A DNA stretch of 59,449 nucleotides, counting the filler. It is 5 parts of 5 records of this genome, joined end to end, with 100 filler letters (N's around TTAATTAATTAA, not from the genome) between each part and the next. Parts side by side here need not be neighbours in the genome. Positions count along the whole stretch, not along the records: positions 1 to 8,604 come from SRR31156797_22582; positions 8,705 to 17,806 come from SRR31156797_22583; 3 more parts are not named here. One strand, given 5' to 3'. Every line of letters begins with the position of its first letter. Within the stretch, counting starts at the first letter, position 1. The position numbers were made by a program, and so were the translations under genes. This document shows positions 1 to 10,064 of this stretch, in pieces. The notes beneath the pieces are model-generated. The model searched no databases, was not told the origin of the DNA, and worked only from the letters and a program-made list of their open reading frames with translations.

Positions 1-1265
1 TTTGTAGTAAAATATGGTTCAAAGATTCTATTTATAATCTTTTCATCTATCCCTCCGGCATTATCTTTAATAAACAAAATAAGTTCATTTTCATCTAATA
101 GTTTAGTTTTTATTAATATCAATTTATCTTCAGATTTCTTCGAGTTTAAGGCATCTTTTGCATTTTTTAATATATTTATTAACGCTTGTTGTATCTCATT
201 TTTATTTGCAAGTATAAATAAGTCCTCTTCTGTATCTCTTATTACATTAATATAATTAGTTTTTAATGAAGCTTCCAAAATATTTAATGTGTCATCAATA
301 ACTTCGCTTACTTTTACTTTAATATGTTTATCAGAACCTTTAATAAAATTTCTAAAATCATCAATCGTTTTTGAAAGATATATAGCTTGGTCAAATATCT
401 TTGAGGAATATTCCCGTAATAAGCTTTCCTCTATCTTTTCTTTATAATCAAGCTTTAGATTTAAAGTACTAGTTAATGTAGTTATTATACTTAATGGTTG
501 TCTCCACTGATGTGCAATATTACCAATCATTTCGCCCATAGATATAAGTTTTGCTTGCTCATAGAAAACTTTTTCTTTCTCTTTTATCTCTTTTTGTTCT
601 TTTAAAATAATCTGTTTTTGCTCTTCTATTTTATCTTCTAGACTTTGGTTTAAATTTTTTAATTCATCTTCTGAAATTTTTATTCTTTTTATTGAAGGTA
701 TAACTATCAAAATAGCTTCTATAAAAATAGTTAAGAGAGTTCCAATCAATATAAAAAATTCTCTTTCTTTTAGTTTTTTTATATAATAATCGCTCTCCTC
801 TTCAAAAGCATTTACAGCAAAATCAAGTTTAGGTAAAAGTTGAAAAGAAAATAATGTAATGTTATCAACTAAATAAGGGTTTCCATTTTGTTGTATAAAA
901 CTATCAAGAAGACGAAAATAACCCTTAACTTCACTATTAAGGTTTAAATTATTTCCTAAATATATATCCATCATTTTTTCAGTTTTAAGGTTATTTAGAA
1001 TAAATTCATTATCTTTTTTCATAGTTTCGATTAAAAATTGCAGATGTTCAATTAGTTCTTTTTTGTTTGTTTCAAAAACTCTTTTTGTCATTAAAGCAGT
1101 TTTTTGTGATAACATTCTTTGTTTACCACTTATATTTATTAATTTTGCATATTGTTGCTGAGTTGTAATTAATTGGTTCATCGTAAAGAAGGCAAAAAAA
1201 GCCCAAAATATTAAAGAAAGTATAACAATAGAGTAGACTATTTTGATATTAAATATATTTTTCAT
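1..1265 (-). CDS. Sensor histidine kinase with N-terminal NarX/PilJ-like periplasmic domain (3'-truncated by window edge; absent from the ORF track)
   Basis: Manual minus-strand translation from ATG at 1265 (AGGGA upstream): MKNIFNIKIVYSIVILSLIFWAFFAF (TM), INISGKQRMLSQK (P-box-like), H-box GEMIGNIAHQWRQPL, and HATPase G1/F boxes IKDNAGGI...IFEPYFTT running off the start of the window. Confidence 0.88.
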   Translation of the reverse strand, partial: MKNIFNIKIVYSIVILSLIFWAFFAFFTMNQLITTQQQYAKLINISGKQRMLSQKTALMTKRVFETNKKELIEHLQFLIETMKKDNEFILNNLKTEKMMDIYLGNNLNLNSEVKGYFRLLDSFIQQNGNPYLVDNITLFSFQLLPKLDFAVNAFEEESDYYIKKLKEREFFILIGTLLTIFIEAILIVIPSIKRIKISEDELKNLNQSLEDKIEEQKQIILKEQKEIKEKEKVFYEQAKLISMGEMIGNIAHQWRQPLSIITTLTSTLNLKLDYKEKIEESLLREYSSKIFDQAIYLSKTIDDFRNFIKGSDKHIKVKVSEVIDDTLNILEASLKTNYINVIRDTEEDLFILANKNEIQQALINILKNAKDALNSKKSEDKLILIKTKLLDENELILFIKDNAGGIDEKIINRIFEPYFTT

Positions 1266-1329
1266 ACTATCCCTACTAGTTTTATTAACTTGTTTTCTAC
1301 GACAGCAGCTCAATAATGTAATCTTTATC

Positions 1330-1338
1330 ATTATATCA
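1330..1338 (-). promoter_or_regulatory. Extended -10 promoter element (TGnTATAAT) for the sensor kinase
   Basis: ATTATATCA on + reads TGATATAAT on -, about 65 nt upstream of the kinase start. Confidence 0.5.
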
Positions 1339-1393
1339 TAATATTTTTTTGCAATTTGTTCAAATTTTATACTATTTTAATTTTATAGTTTTA

Positions 1394-1435
1394 TTGATTC
1401 AAATCATTTTTTTTACTCTCTCTTATAGATATAAT
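1394..1435 (+). promoter_or_regulatory. FNR/CRP-family box plus -10 hexamer upstream of hemerythrin
   Basis: TTGAT-TCAA-ATCAT at 1394-1407 (9/10 match to TTGAT-N4-ATCAA) and TATAAT at 1430-1435. The box centre is -41.5 relative to the inferred +1 at 1442. Confidence 0.6.
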
Positions 1436-1460
1436 TTGAAAAAATTAAATAAGGCATAAA

Positions 1461-1901
1461 ATGTTAATTGATAAGAATAATCTACCTTTAGTAGCAATGG
1501 ATTTTATGAATGATGTACATATAGAAGATGTGATAATAATTAATGATCTATATGAATTAATATTAAGTTATGAAAATAATCCATCAAAAAAAAATGAAGA
1601 AGAAATAGATAAAAAATATATGCAATGGTACAACCATACTGTAAGACATTTTCAAGGAGAAGAAAAAGAGATGTTGAGTAATGGTTTTCCACCTTTTCAA
1701 GTACATAAATTTGAACATGATAATGCATTAGAAATGATGAATGAAAAATTTACTCAATGGCAAGATTCAAGAGATATAAATGCCCTTAAAAAATATATTA
1801 ATAGTGATTTAATATCTTGGTTAATAAATCATATACAAACTATGGATACAGTAACAGCAATGTTTTTAAAAACAGGAATGAGCCCTTGCTCAATGGGATA
1901 A
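1461..1901 (+). CDS. Single-domain bacteriohemerythrin
   Basis: 146 aa with hemerythrin di-iron ligand pattern: H20, HFQGEE, HKFEH, WLINHIQTMD. Confidence 0.9.
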   Translation: MLIDKNNLPLVAMDFMNDVHIEDVIIINDLYELILSYENNPSKKNEEEIDKKYMQWYNHTVRHFQGEEKEMLSNGFPPFQVHKFEHDNALEMMNEKFTQWQDSRDINALKKYINSDLISWLINHIQTMDTVTAMFLKTGMSPCSMG

Positions 1902-1903
1902 AA

Positions 1904-1939
1904 AAGAGGAGAAAGAAGAAAGCAATAGTATCTCCTCTT
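1904..1939 (+). terminator. Stem-loop after hemerythrin
   Basis: AAGAGGAGA ... TCTCCTCTT inverted repeat directly after the stop codon. Confidence 0.45.
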
Positions 1940-2151
1940 CTTAAATCTAAATTACTTAGACATGTATGCTTAAAATAATAATATCAAAGAAGAACTATTT
2001 TTTTTTAAATCTGCTGTACAAAAAATAAACTTTATCAAAAAAACATATAATAAAAATTATGTTAAAAGCTTCTTTTAAACAAATATTAATATTTTATTAA
2101 TACTCCTATACTAAAATATAAATATACAAATATTATTTATATAGGAAAAAG

Positions 2152-3315
2152 ATGAATTATCACATAAAACAAAAATATTTTCTTATAAGTTTGCTTACTA
2201 CATTAACAGTTTTTACTGGTTGTACAGAACAAACAAAAGAACAAGTACAAACACAAAAAGCTACAGAAGTTGGAATTTTTAAAGTAAATCAACAAAAAAT
2301 CACTTTACAAAAAGAACTTCCAGGAAGAACAGTTATAGCTTTAAATTCAGAAATAAGACCACAAATCAGCGGTATTATTGAAAAAAGATTATTTGAAGAA
2401 GGCTCTACAGTTAAAAAAGGTCAAACCTTGTATAAAGTAGATTCTTCAACATACAAAGCTGCTTTTAATGAAGCAAAAGCTGCATATGAAAATGTTTTAG
2501 CAAATATTAAAGCTGCTAAACTAAAAGATGAAAGATATGCAAAACTTCTTAAAATCAATGGTGTTTCAAAAGAGAGTTATGAGGATGCACATGTTGCATA
2601 CTTACAAGCAAAAGCAGATGTGGCAGAGAAAAAAGCTGCAATGGATAGTGCAAAAATAAATTTAGACTATACTCTTATAAAATCTCCAATATCTGGACAT
2701 ATTGGAACATCAAGTGTAACCGAAGGTGCTTTAGTTACAGCAGAGCAAACTACAGCTTTAGCTACAGTTCGTTCACTTGATCCAATTTATGTTGATTTTA
2801 CACAATCTAGTGTACAGATGTTAAACCTAAAAAAACTATTAAAAGAAAAAAATATTGAAAAAGCAGATGCAACAGTTAGTTTAAAACTTGAAGATGATTC
2901 TTTGTATGAAAACAAAGGAAAATTCAAAGTTCAAGAATTATCAGTTGATGAAACAACAGGTTCAGTAACTTTAAGAGCTGAATTCCCAAATCCAAATGAG
3001 TTGTTACTTCCAGGTATGTATGTAAATGTAATCATAAATGAAGCAGTAAATACAAAAGCAATATTAATACCACAACAAGGTGTGACTTTTGATGAAAAAG
3101 GAAATGCAACTGCAATGATTGTAAAAGACAATCAAGTAAAAAAAGTTTTTTTAGTATTAGATAGAGCTATTGAAGATTTTTGGTTAGTTAAATCTGGACT
3201 AAATGTTGATGATCATTTAATCATTGAAGGTTTAAATAAAATTAGAGTTGGTGCAAAAGTTAAAGAGGTAGATCTTTCATCAAAATTCATATTTAAAAAA
3301 TCTACTGACAAATAA
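2152..3315 (+). CDS. acrA: RND efflux periplasmic adaptor (AcrA/MexA family lipoprotein)
   Basis: Lipobox FTGC; ELPGRT, EIRPQISGII, IKSPISG and LLPGMYV motifs; translationally coupled to the RND permease. Confidence 0.92.
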   Translation: MNYHIKQKYFLISLLTTLTVFTGCTEQTKEQVQTQKATEVGIFKVNQQKITLQKELPGRTVIALNSEIRPQISGIIEKRLFEEGSTVKKGQTLYKVDSSTYKAAFNEAKAAYENVLANIKAAKLKDERYAKLLKINGVSKESYEDAHVAYLQAKADVAEKKAAMDSAKINLDYTLIKSPISGHIGTSSVTEGALVTAEQTTALATVRSLDPIYVDFTQSSVQMLNLKKLLKEKNIEKADATVSLKLEDDSLYENKGKFKVQELSVDETTGSVTLRAEFPNPNELLLPGMYVNVIINEAVNTKAILIPQQGVTFDEKGNATAMIVKDNQVKKVFLVLDRAIEDFWLVKSGLNVDDHLIIEGLNKIRVGAKVKEVDLSSKFIFKKSTDK

Positions 3316-6300
3316 TGGGTGTATTTTTTATAAAAAGGCCTATATTTGCCTGGGTTATTTCGATTATAATAATGCTTGCAGGATTAGGTTCAATCTTTAA
3401 CCTACCTGTTGCTCAATATCCAGATATTGCTCCACCAACTATTAGAATATCAACTACTTATAATGGTGCATCAGCAGAAACTGTTGAAAATAGTGTTACT
3501 CAACTTTTAGAACAACAGTTAACTGGACTTGATGGGTTATTATATTTTACCTCATCAAGTAGTTCCTCAGGAGAAGTTAGAATAAATGTATCTTTTGAAC
3601 AAGGAACAGACCCAGATATAGCACAAGTTCAAGTTCAAAATAAAATTACGCAAGTTACAAGTAGACTTCCAAACTCAGTCCAGGATGAAGGGGTTACAGT
3701 TAGTAAATCACAAACTGACTTCTTGATGATTGCGGCAGTTTATGATGAAACAGACAAAGCAACACCTGCTGATATTTCAGATTATCTAGTTAGTAATATT
3801 CAAGATAGTGTAGCTAGAGTTGAAGGGGTAGGGACAACTAGAGTATTTGGTTCACAATATGCTATGAGAATATGGTTAGACCCTTCTAAACTTAAAGCTT
3901 ATTCTCTTATGCCATCAGATATATCATCTGCAATAGAAAATCAAAATGTGCAGGTTTCAGCAGGAAGCATTGGTTCAATGCCAACATTGCCAAATCAACA
4001 ACTAAATGCAACAGTTACCTCAGAATCAAAACTTCAAACTGCGGATGAATTTAAAAATATAATTGTAAAACATGATACAAATGGAGCTTTAGTTCATCTA
4101 TCAGATGTAGCAAGAGTTGAGATAGGAAATGAATCTTATGACAATGTTACAAGACTAAATAGACACCCATCTTCTGGACTTGCAGTTATGTTATCTTCAG
4201 GAGCAAATGCTCTTTCAACTGCAACAAGAGTAAAAGAGGTATTAAGTTCTTTAGAAAGAAATATGCCCGATGGATATAAAATCGCTTACCCTGTTGATAG
4301 TACTCAATTTATTAAAATATCTATTAATGAAGTTGTTAAAACACTTATTGAAGCTATCATCTTAGTTGTTATAGTTGTATTTGTATTCTTACAAAGTTGG
4401 AGAGCAACTATTATTCCTGCTATTGCAGTTCCTGTTGTACTTTTAGGAACATTTGGGATACTTCATGTTTTTGGATACTCAATCAATACTCTAACAATGT
4501 TTGGTATTGTTTTATCCATAGGTTTACTTGTGGATGATGCAATTGTAGTTATTGAAAATGTTGAAAGAATTATGAGAGAAAAAGCACTAAATGCTTATGA
4601 TGCAACTGTAGAATCTATGAAAGAGGTAAGTACAGTACTTATTGGTATTGCAACAGTATTATCAGCAGTATTTTTACCTATGGCTTTTTTTAGTGGCTCA
4701 ACAGGGGTTATTTATAGACAGTTTTCTATAACAATCGTATCATCAATGATATTATCAGTTATAGTTGCTCTAACTTTAACACCTGCACTTTGTGCTTCAT
4801 TGTTAAATTCAAAACATTTAGACAAAGAAAGTGGTTTTTTCCCTTGGTTTAATAATAAGTTTGAAGCAATGACAAAAAAATATGAAAAAGGTGTTTTAGG
4901 TGTATTAAAAAAACAAAAAAGATGGGTTTTATTTTATATACTAATTATTGCCTCAATGTCATATCTTACATATAAACTTCCTACAAGTTTTCTTCCTTTG
5001 GAAGACCAAGGTAAAGTTATGGCACAAATTTCATTACCTCAAGGAGCTTCTGTAAAAAGAACAAATGAGATTATTCACAAAGTTGAAGATTACTTTCTTG
5101 AAAAAGAAAAAGATAATATAGATGCAATATTTACAATTTCAGGATTTAACTTTAGTGGTAGTGGACAAAACGCAGGTATGGCATTTATTTCATTAAAAGA
5201 TTGGGATGGAAGATCTGAAACAGCAACGCAAGTTGTAAATAGAACAAACAGAGAGTTATCAACTATAAGAGATGCAAGTATATTTGCTCTTAATCCACCA
5301 TCTATTAGAGGTTTAGGAAATACAAATGGTTTTACATTTCAACTTCAAGCAAGTGCAGGAACCACAAGAGATGAATTAAAACAGATGAGAGAAACTTTAT
5401 TAAGTCTTGCTAGAAAAGATTCAAATCTTTCAGGTGTGAGACTTGGAAGTTTATCTGAAACTCCTCAACTTCATGTAAGCATAAACCATGAAAAGGCGGT
5501 ATCCTTAGATTTAACATTATCAGATATTAATGATACTTTAAATGCCGCATGGGCAGGAAGTTATGTAAATGACTTTATTGATAGAGGTAGAGTAAAAAAA
5601 GTTTATATGCAAGGGGATGCACAGTTCCGTTCAGCTCCTGAAGATATAAACAAATGGTATGTAAGAGCTAGTGATGATAGTATGACTCCATTTTCTTCTT
5701 TTGCAAAAACAAACTGGACTTATGGACCTGAAAGTTTATCAAGATACAACGGTCTAGCTTCATATGAAATACAAGGAGCAGCAGGAGAAGGTGTAAGTTC
5801 AGGTACTGCTATGAATGAGATGGAAAAACTTACAAATACTCTTCCAAAAGGTGCAAGTTATTCATGGAGTGGATTATCTTATCAAGAAAAAGTTTCAAGT
5901 GGTCAAAGCGCCCTACTTTATTCTATCTCTGTATTGTTTGTATTCTTATGCTTGGCTGCTTTATATGAAAGTTGGTCAATACCATTTTCTGTATTATTAG
6001 TTCTTCCTTTAGGGATTGTTGGAGCAGTTGCAATAACTACTTTAAGAGGTTTAGAAAATGATGTATATTTTCAAGTTGCCTTGCTAACAGTTATTGGTTT
6101 ATCTTCCAAAAATGCAATCTTAATTGTGGAATTTGTTGAAGTCGCCTACAAAAATGGAAGTTCTCTTATTGAAGCTGCCGTAGAAGGAGCAAGACTAAGA
6201 TTTAGACCTATTCTTATGACATCTTTAGCTTTTGTTGTTGGTGTTTTACCCCTAGCTGTATCAACAGGAGCAGGAGCAAACAGTAGAATTGCTATTGGTA

Positions 6301-6422
6301 CAGGTATTGTTGGAGGTACTCTTAGTGCAACTATTCTTGGGGTATTTATGATACCTTTATTTTATGTATGGATTCGTTCAATATTTAAAAGAAAAGAAGG
6401 AGTAAAAAATGAAAATAGATAA
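3315..6422 (+). CDS. acrB: HAE1-family RND efflux transporter (AcrB/MexB-like)
   Basis: 1035 aa; FFIKRPIFAWV start; proton-relay motifs VDDAIVVIENVER, GLSSKNAILIVEF and RFRPILMTSLAF. Confidence 0.95.
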   Translation: MGVFFIKRPIFAWVISIIIMLAGLGSIFNLPVAQYPDIAPPTIRISTTYNGASAETVENSVTQLLEQQLTGLDGLLYFTSSSSSSGEVRINVSFEQGTDPDIAQVQVQNKITQVTSRLPNSVQDEGVTVSKSQTDFLMIAAVYDETDKATPADISDYLVSNIQDSVARVEGVGTTRVFGSQYAMRIWLDPSKLKAYSLMPSDISSAIENQNVQVSAGSIGSMPTLPNQQLNATVTSESKLQTADEFKNIIVKHDTNGALVHLSDVARVEIGNESYDNVTRLNRHPSSGLAVMLSSGANALSTATRVKEVLSSLERNMPDGYKIAYPVDSTQFIKISINEVVKTLIEAIILVVIVVFVFLQSWRATIIPAIAVPVVLLGTFGILHVFGYSINTLTMFGIVLSIGLLVDDAIVVIENVERIMREKALNAYDATVESMKEVSTVLIGIATVLSAVFLPMAFFSGSTGVIYRQFSITIVSSMILSVIVALTLTPALCASLLNSKHLDKESGFFPWFNNKFEAMTKKYEKGVLGVLKKQKRWVLFYILIIASMSYLTYKLPTSFLPLEDQGKVMAQISLPQGASVKRTNEIIHKVEDYFLEKEKDNIDAIFTISGFNFSGSGQNAGMAFISLKDWDGRSETATQVVNRTNRELSTIRDASIFALNPPSIRGLGNTNGFTFQLQASAGTTRDELKQMRETLLSLARKDSNLSGVRLGSLSETPQLHVSINHEKAVSLDLTLSDINDTLNAAWAGSYVNDFIDRGRVKKVYMQGDAQFRSAPEDINKWYVRASDDSMTPFSSFAKTNWTYGPESLSRYNGLASYEIQGAAGEGVSSGTAMNEMEKLTNTLPKGASYSWSGLSYQEKVSSGQSALLYSISVLFVFLCLAALYESWSIPFSVLLVLPLGIVGAVAITTLRGLENDVYFQVALLTVIGLSSKNAILIVEFVEVAYKNGSSLIEAAVEGARLRFRPILMTSLAFVVGVLPLAVSTGAGANSRIAIGTGIVGGTLSATILGVFMIPLFYVWIRSIFKRKEGVKNENR

Positions 6423-7833
6423 AATAGTTCAAACCTCAATCATACTACTTAGTTCTATATTTTTTACTGCTTGTAGTTTTATAGACTCTAAATACCAAGA
6501 ACCAAAAGCTGTAGTTCCAAAAACTTGGCCAAAAGGTGAAGCTTATAAAATAGATGAAACCATAAAAAATACAGAAAACTTCACTTGGGAAAAAATAGTT
6601 TTAGATGAAAAGTTAAAAGAGGTAATAAAATTAGCTCTAAATCAAAATAGAACTTTAAAAGAAGAAATCGCAAATATACAAGCTGCAAAAGCTACCTATA
6701 AAGTTCAGCATGCTTCAGAGTTTCCAACTATTGAAGCTCAAACTTCTGGTTCAAGAGCTAGATCACTAAGTGGAACAAAAGCAAATGGAGATGATAAATC
6801 ATCTATTTCTGAAAGTTATAATGCTACAGCTGGTTTAAGCTCTTATGAGCTTGATTTTTGGGGAAAAGCTAAAAATGCTTCAAAAGCTGACTTAGAAAGC
6901 TACTTATCTGCAAAAGAAGCCCAAAGAGTAAGTAAGATAACTATTATTTCAGAAGTTGCTACAGCATGGCTTACACTTGCTGCTGATAGAAGTTTATTAA
7001 ACCTTGCAATAGAAACTTCAAACAGTAGCAAAAGAAGCTTAGATATTGTAGAAGCTAGATTTAATATGGGTGTGGATTCTAAAGTTACTTTATATGAAGC
7101 ACAAACTGTATATTATCAAGCACAAGCAGATGTTGAAAGTTATAAAACACAAGTTGCACAAGATATAAATGCACTAAACCTACTTGTTGGTGAAAATCTA
7201 AAAGAGGAACTACTTCCTAAAAACTTAGATACTAACTCTGAATATTTAAAAGCTATTCCAGTTGGTTTATCATCAAATGTTTTATTAAACAGACCAGATA
7301 TAAAAGAAGCAGAACATAACTTGAAAGCAGCACATGCAAATATAAATGTTGCAAGAGCCGCGTATTTTCCATCTATCTCGATTACAACAACAGCAGGACT
7401 TGCAAGTTCAGCCTTAAGTAATCTTTTTACAGGTGGAGCAGCTTCTATTTGGACTTTTGCACCAAGTATCTCTTTGCCAATTTTTGATTGGGGTTCAAGA
7501 GAAGGAGATTTAGAATATGCAAAAGCACAAAGAGATTTATATCTTGCAAAATATGAATTAGCTATTCAAACTGCATTTAGTGAAGTTGCTGATGCACTTG
7601 CAAGATTTGGAACTATAGAGACTCAACTAAAAGCACAAAAAAATTTAGTATCTGCGTCTAAAAATAGTTTTTATCTATCTGAAAAAAGATATGAAGCAGG
7701 TGTTGATAGTTATCTTACTGCACTAACTTCACAAAGAACTTTTTATAGTTCACAACAAACTCTTATCTCACTACAACTTACAAAAAATAGTAATAGAGTT
7801 ACACTTTACAGAGTGTTAGCTCAAGAAAAATAG
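6409..7833 (+). CDS. Outer-membrane efflux lipoprotein (OprM/NodT family)
   Basis: Lipobox FTAC; YELDFWGK, LLNRPDIKEAEH and ARAAYFPSIS motifs; overlaps the acrB end. Confidence 0.92.
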   Translation: MKIDKIVQTSIILLSSIFFTACSFIDSKYQEPKAVVPKTWPKGEAYKIDETIKNTENFTWEKIVLDEKLKEVIKLALNQNRTLKEEIANIQAAKATYKVQHASEFPTIEAQTSGSRARSLSGTKANGDDKSSISESYNATAGLSSYELDFWGKAKNASKADLESYLSAKEAQRVSKITIISEVATAWLTLAADRSLLNLAIETSNSSKRSLDIVEARFNMGVDSKVTLYEAQTVYYQAQADVESYKTQVAQDINALNLLVGENLKEELLPKNLDTNSEYLKAIPVGLSSNVLLNRPDIKEAEHNLKAAHANINVARAAYFPSISITTTAGLASSALSNLFTGGAASIWTFAPSISLPIFDWGSREGDLEYAKAQRDLYLAKYELAIQTAFSEVADALARFGTIETQLKAQKNLVSASKNSFYLSEKRYEAGVDSYLTALTSQRTFYSSQQTLISLQLTKNSNRVTLYRVLAQEK

Positions 7834-7857
7834 AAAAGAAGATTTTCTTCTTTTCTA
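7831..7857 (+). terminator. Perfect hairpin ending the RND operon
   Basis: TAGAAAAGAAGA-TTT-TCTTCTTTTCTA, overlapping the stop codon. Confidence 0.6.
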
Positions 7858-7871
7858 AAACTTTGGTAATC

Positions 7872-7880
7872 TGATATAAT
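7872..7880 (+). promoter_or_regulatory. Extended -10 element
   Basis: TGATATAAT 30 nt upstream of the ATG at 7911. Confidence 0.5.
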
Positions 7881-7910
7881 ACTTTAAATGTATCATGCAA
7901 AGGTTAAAAG

Positions 7911-8570
7911 ATGATTTCTTCAAATATAAATGAGATTTTACTTAAAACAAATTTAGAAAATCAAAGTTCAAATCAAAGTACATCAAGTAGTTTTTTAAAT
8001 ACCTTGGTTGATTCAAAAGAATCAATCACTACAACTAATAATATAGAACTAACTTATGAAAATATTACAAGCATGAGCTTATCTCAAATTGAAGAAAGTT
8101 TTACAGATGAAGAAAAAAAATCATTAGCTAAAAATTTAAAAACAGCAACAATGTTTTCAAATGATACAAATCTATCAAAGGCATTATTCAACACAGTTTT
8201 AGGTCAACCTTTTGAGTTAGGGTATAACTATCTTTTTAATATGTTTGAGGATAAGTCAAGTTTTTTAAACTTTTCTAAAAATGATTTATCCTCGATTTTA
8301 CAAAAGTCTGTTCAAAATAGATATAACAACGAAGACTTAAAAGCTGGAGAAAAAATACCTCAAGCAAGACTTGATGAAATATTAACATCAGTAAATTCTT
8401 TTGATTTTCTAAGCTCTTTAACAAACAGTTATAAAGACTTAGAAGATAGAGACAAAGATAATGATTACTCTTTTCTATATAATGACTATTATCTACAATA
8501 TCAAGAACTAAAATATAAATATCAAAATATAAAAGATACAAATAATATATTGTTGAATCAATTTAAGTAG
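7911..8570 (+). CDS. Hypothetical protein (Ser/Asn-rich N-terminus)
   Basis: 219-aa ORF with AAGG RBS and its own promoter-like element; no family recognised. Confidence 0.75.
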   Translation: MISSNINEILLKTNLENQSSNQSTSSSFLNTLVDSKESITTTNNIELTYENITSMSLSQIEESFTDEEKKSLAKNLKTATMFSNDTNLSKALFNTVLGQPFELGYNYLFNMFEDKSSFLNFSKNDLSSILQKSVQNRYNNEDLKAGEKIPQARLDEILTSVNSFDFLSSLTNSYKDLEDRDKDNDYSFLYNDYYLQYQELKYKYQNIKDTNNILLNQFK

Positions 8571-8576
8571 GTTTAG

Positions 8577-8604
8577 TGGAGCGGGAGACGAGACTCGAAC
8601 TCGC
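8577..8604 (-). tRNA. tRNA 3' fragment, probably tRNA-Gly (cut by contig end)
   Basis: Minus strand GCGAGTTCGAGTCTCGTCTCCCGCTCCA: T-arm, acceptor strand, U discriminator and CCA, typical of tRNA-Gly; anticodon not visible. Confidence 0.75.
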
Positions 8605-8704
8605 NNNNNNNNNNNNNNNNNNNNNNNNNNNNNNNNNNNNNNNNNNNNTTAATTAATTAANNNNNNNNNNNNNNNNNNNNNNNNNNNNNNNNNNNNNNNN
8701 NNNN
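8605..8704. other. Artificial contig linker
   Basis: 44 N + TTAATTAATTAA + 44 N. Confidence 0.99.
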
Positions 8705-8830
8705 GACCAATACGCTGCACCAGTCTGCTTGCGAGAATTCCCTGCACCCTGCAAATAGTTACAAATACAGGAGTTTGACGACCTGGTTCGCCTTAGCCTG
8801 TAAGTAGTTACGACTTAGGAATATAATACT

Positions 8831-10030
8831 ATGAAACAAATAATTCTAATCCTCATACTGCTTTTATTACCCTTCTCAACCACACTGTTGGCGCAGCAGG
8901 GGGTCACTGAAAATTACGGACCTGTTGTTGCCGAGATTGTTGAGCGTGGTGATGCGGCAATGGAGAAATACACCCCTACAAATGGGGTCGTAACCGGTAA
9001 CCTTTTTTCCAGGCTTTATTTTGACGTGTTTGAGACAAGCGGGATGGAGTTCACTCTGGGCCTGAAAGACAATGCCTTCATGCTGGAGATAGAATCGGGA
9101 TTTAGCCTGGTTATCAGTCAATCCATGCAGGGACTGGCAAAGGCTGAAGTGGAAAAATCATGGACCGGGCTTAAAGAGAGCCTTGATTATGCGGTGGAGC
9201 ATTACTCCAGCGGTGAGGAAACCAGCTTCTGGGGCAGGGCGATGCAGTCCTTTGTTATCCTCTTTCGTGAAGGTGTGGAAGCCATGTTGGTGGTGGCAGC
9301 CCTGGTGGCCTATTTAAGACGGTCCGGATACCCGGATAAGGTCAAGGTGATTTGGATTGGTGTTGCCTGGGCATTGGCGGCAAGCGTTGCCGCAGCCTGG
9401 GTACTCAACACGGTGGTAAGTGCAAGCGGTGCGAATCAGGAGGCCATAGAGGGTATAACCATGCTCATTGCCTCGGCTGTGCTCGTGTACGTGAGTTACT
9501 GGTTAACTGCCAAAAGCGATGCTGACCGGTGGCAGGCTTTTATAAAGGATACCATGGATAAGGCTATCAGCAAGGGGAGCCTTTTTGCTCTTGGTTTTGT
9601 CGCATTCCTGGCTGTGTTTCGTGAAGGGGCAGAAACCATTCTTTTTTATCAGGCACTGGTAGCCGGGGCTCCCGGCCAGTTTAATGCCATAGGGACGGGG
9701 ATGGCCATCGCTGCAGTTGCCCTGGCTCTGGTTTATCTTGTAGTCCGATTCGCTTCTATCCGGTTGCCGCTGGGGATCTTTTTTGGGGCAACAGCTATTT
9801 TACTGTATGCCATGGCCTTTGTCTTTACCGGTAACGGCATTCTTGAACTGCAGGTTGCCGGCATGGTGCATACAACCAAACTTGAAGGGTGGCCCATGGT
9901 GAGTTGGCTGGGGGTCTTTCCTACACTGGAGAGTGTAGGGTGCCAGGCTGTTGTGCTTTCACTACTGCCCATTGGATGGCTTGTTATGCAGGGCAGGAAG
10001 AAAAGACAGCTTGCCGATGCAGCAGCCTGA
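8831..10030 (+). CDS. FTR1/EfeU-family iron permease with N-terminal periplasmic domain
   Basis: Signal peptide, soluble region with LYFDVFETSGME, then TM domain with two REGxE motifs (FREGVE, FREGAE). Confidence 0.9.
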   Translation: MKQIILILILLLLPFSTTLLAQQGVTENYGPVVAEIVERGDAAMEKYTPTNGVVTGNLFSRLYFDVFETSGMEFTLGLKDNAFMLEIESGFSLVISQSMQGLAKAEVEKSWTGLKESLDYAVEHYSSGEETSFWGRAMQSFVILFREGVEAMLVVAALVAYLRRSGYPDKVKVIWIGVAWALAASVAAAWVLNTVVSASGANQEAIEGITMLIASAVLVYVSYWLTAKSDADRWQAFIKDTMDKAISKGSLFALGFVAFLAVFREGAETILFYQALVAGAPGQFNAIGTGMAIAAVALALVYLVVRFASIRLPLGIFFGATAILLYAMAFVFTGNGILELQVAGMVHTTKLEGWPMVSWLGVFPTLESVGCQAVVLSLLPIGWLVMQGRKKRQLADAAA

Positions 10031-10064
10031 TCAACCCTAAGAATACTGTTACCCGGATGAAAAG

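Noticed and set aside
8588..8603. GACGAGACTCGAACTC also occurs at 51713-51728 and could look like an att-site direct repeat
   Set aside because: Both are conserved tRNA T-arms on different contigs from different taxa, and no integrase is nearby
2152..8604. RND operon as a genomic island integrated at tRNA-Gly
   Set aside because: No integrase, no second att copy, and composition matches the rest of the contig
8649..8660. TTAATTAATTAA repeated four times in the window
   Set aside because: Synthetic six-frame stop linker, not a biological repeat or CRISPR
8705..8830. Possible gene tail or Fur box before FTR1
   Set aside because: Several frames are briefly open with no motif, and there is no convincing Fur palindrome
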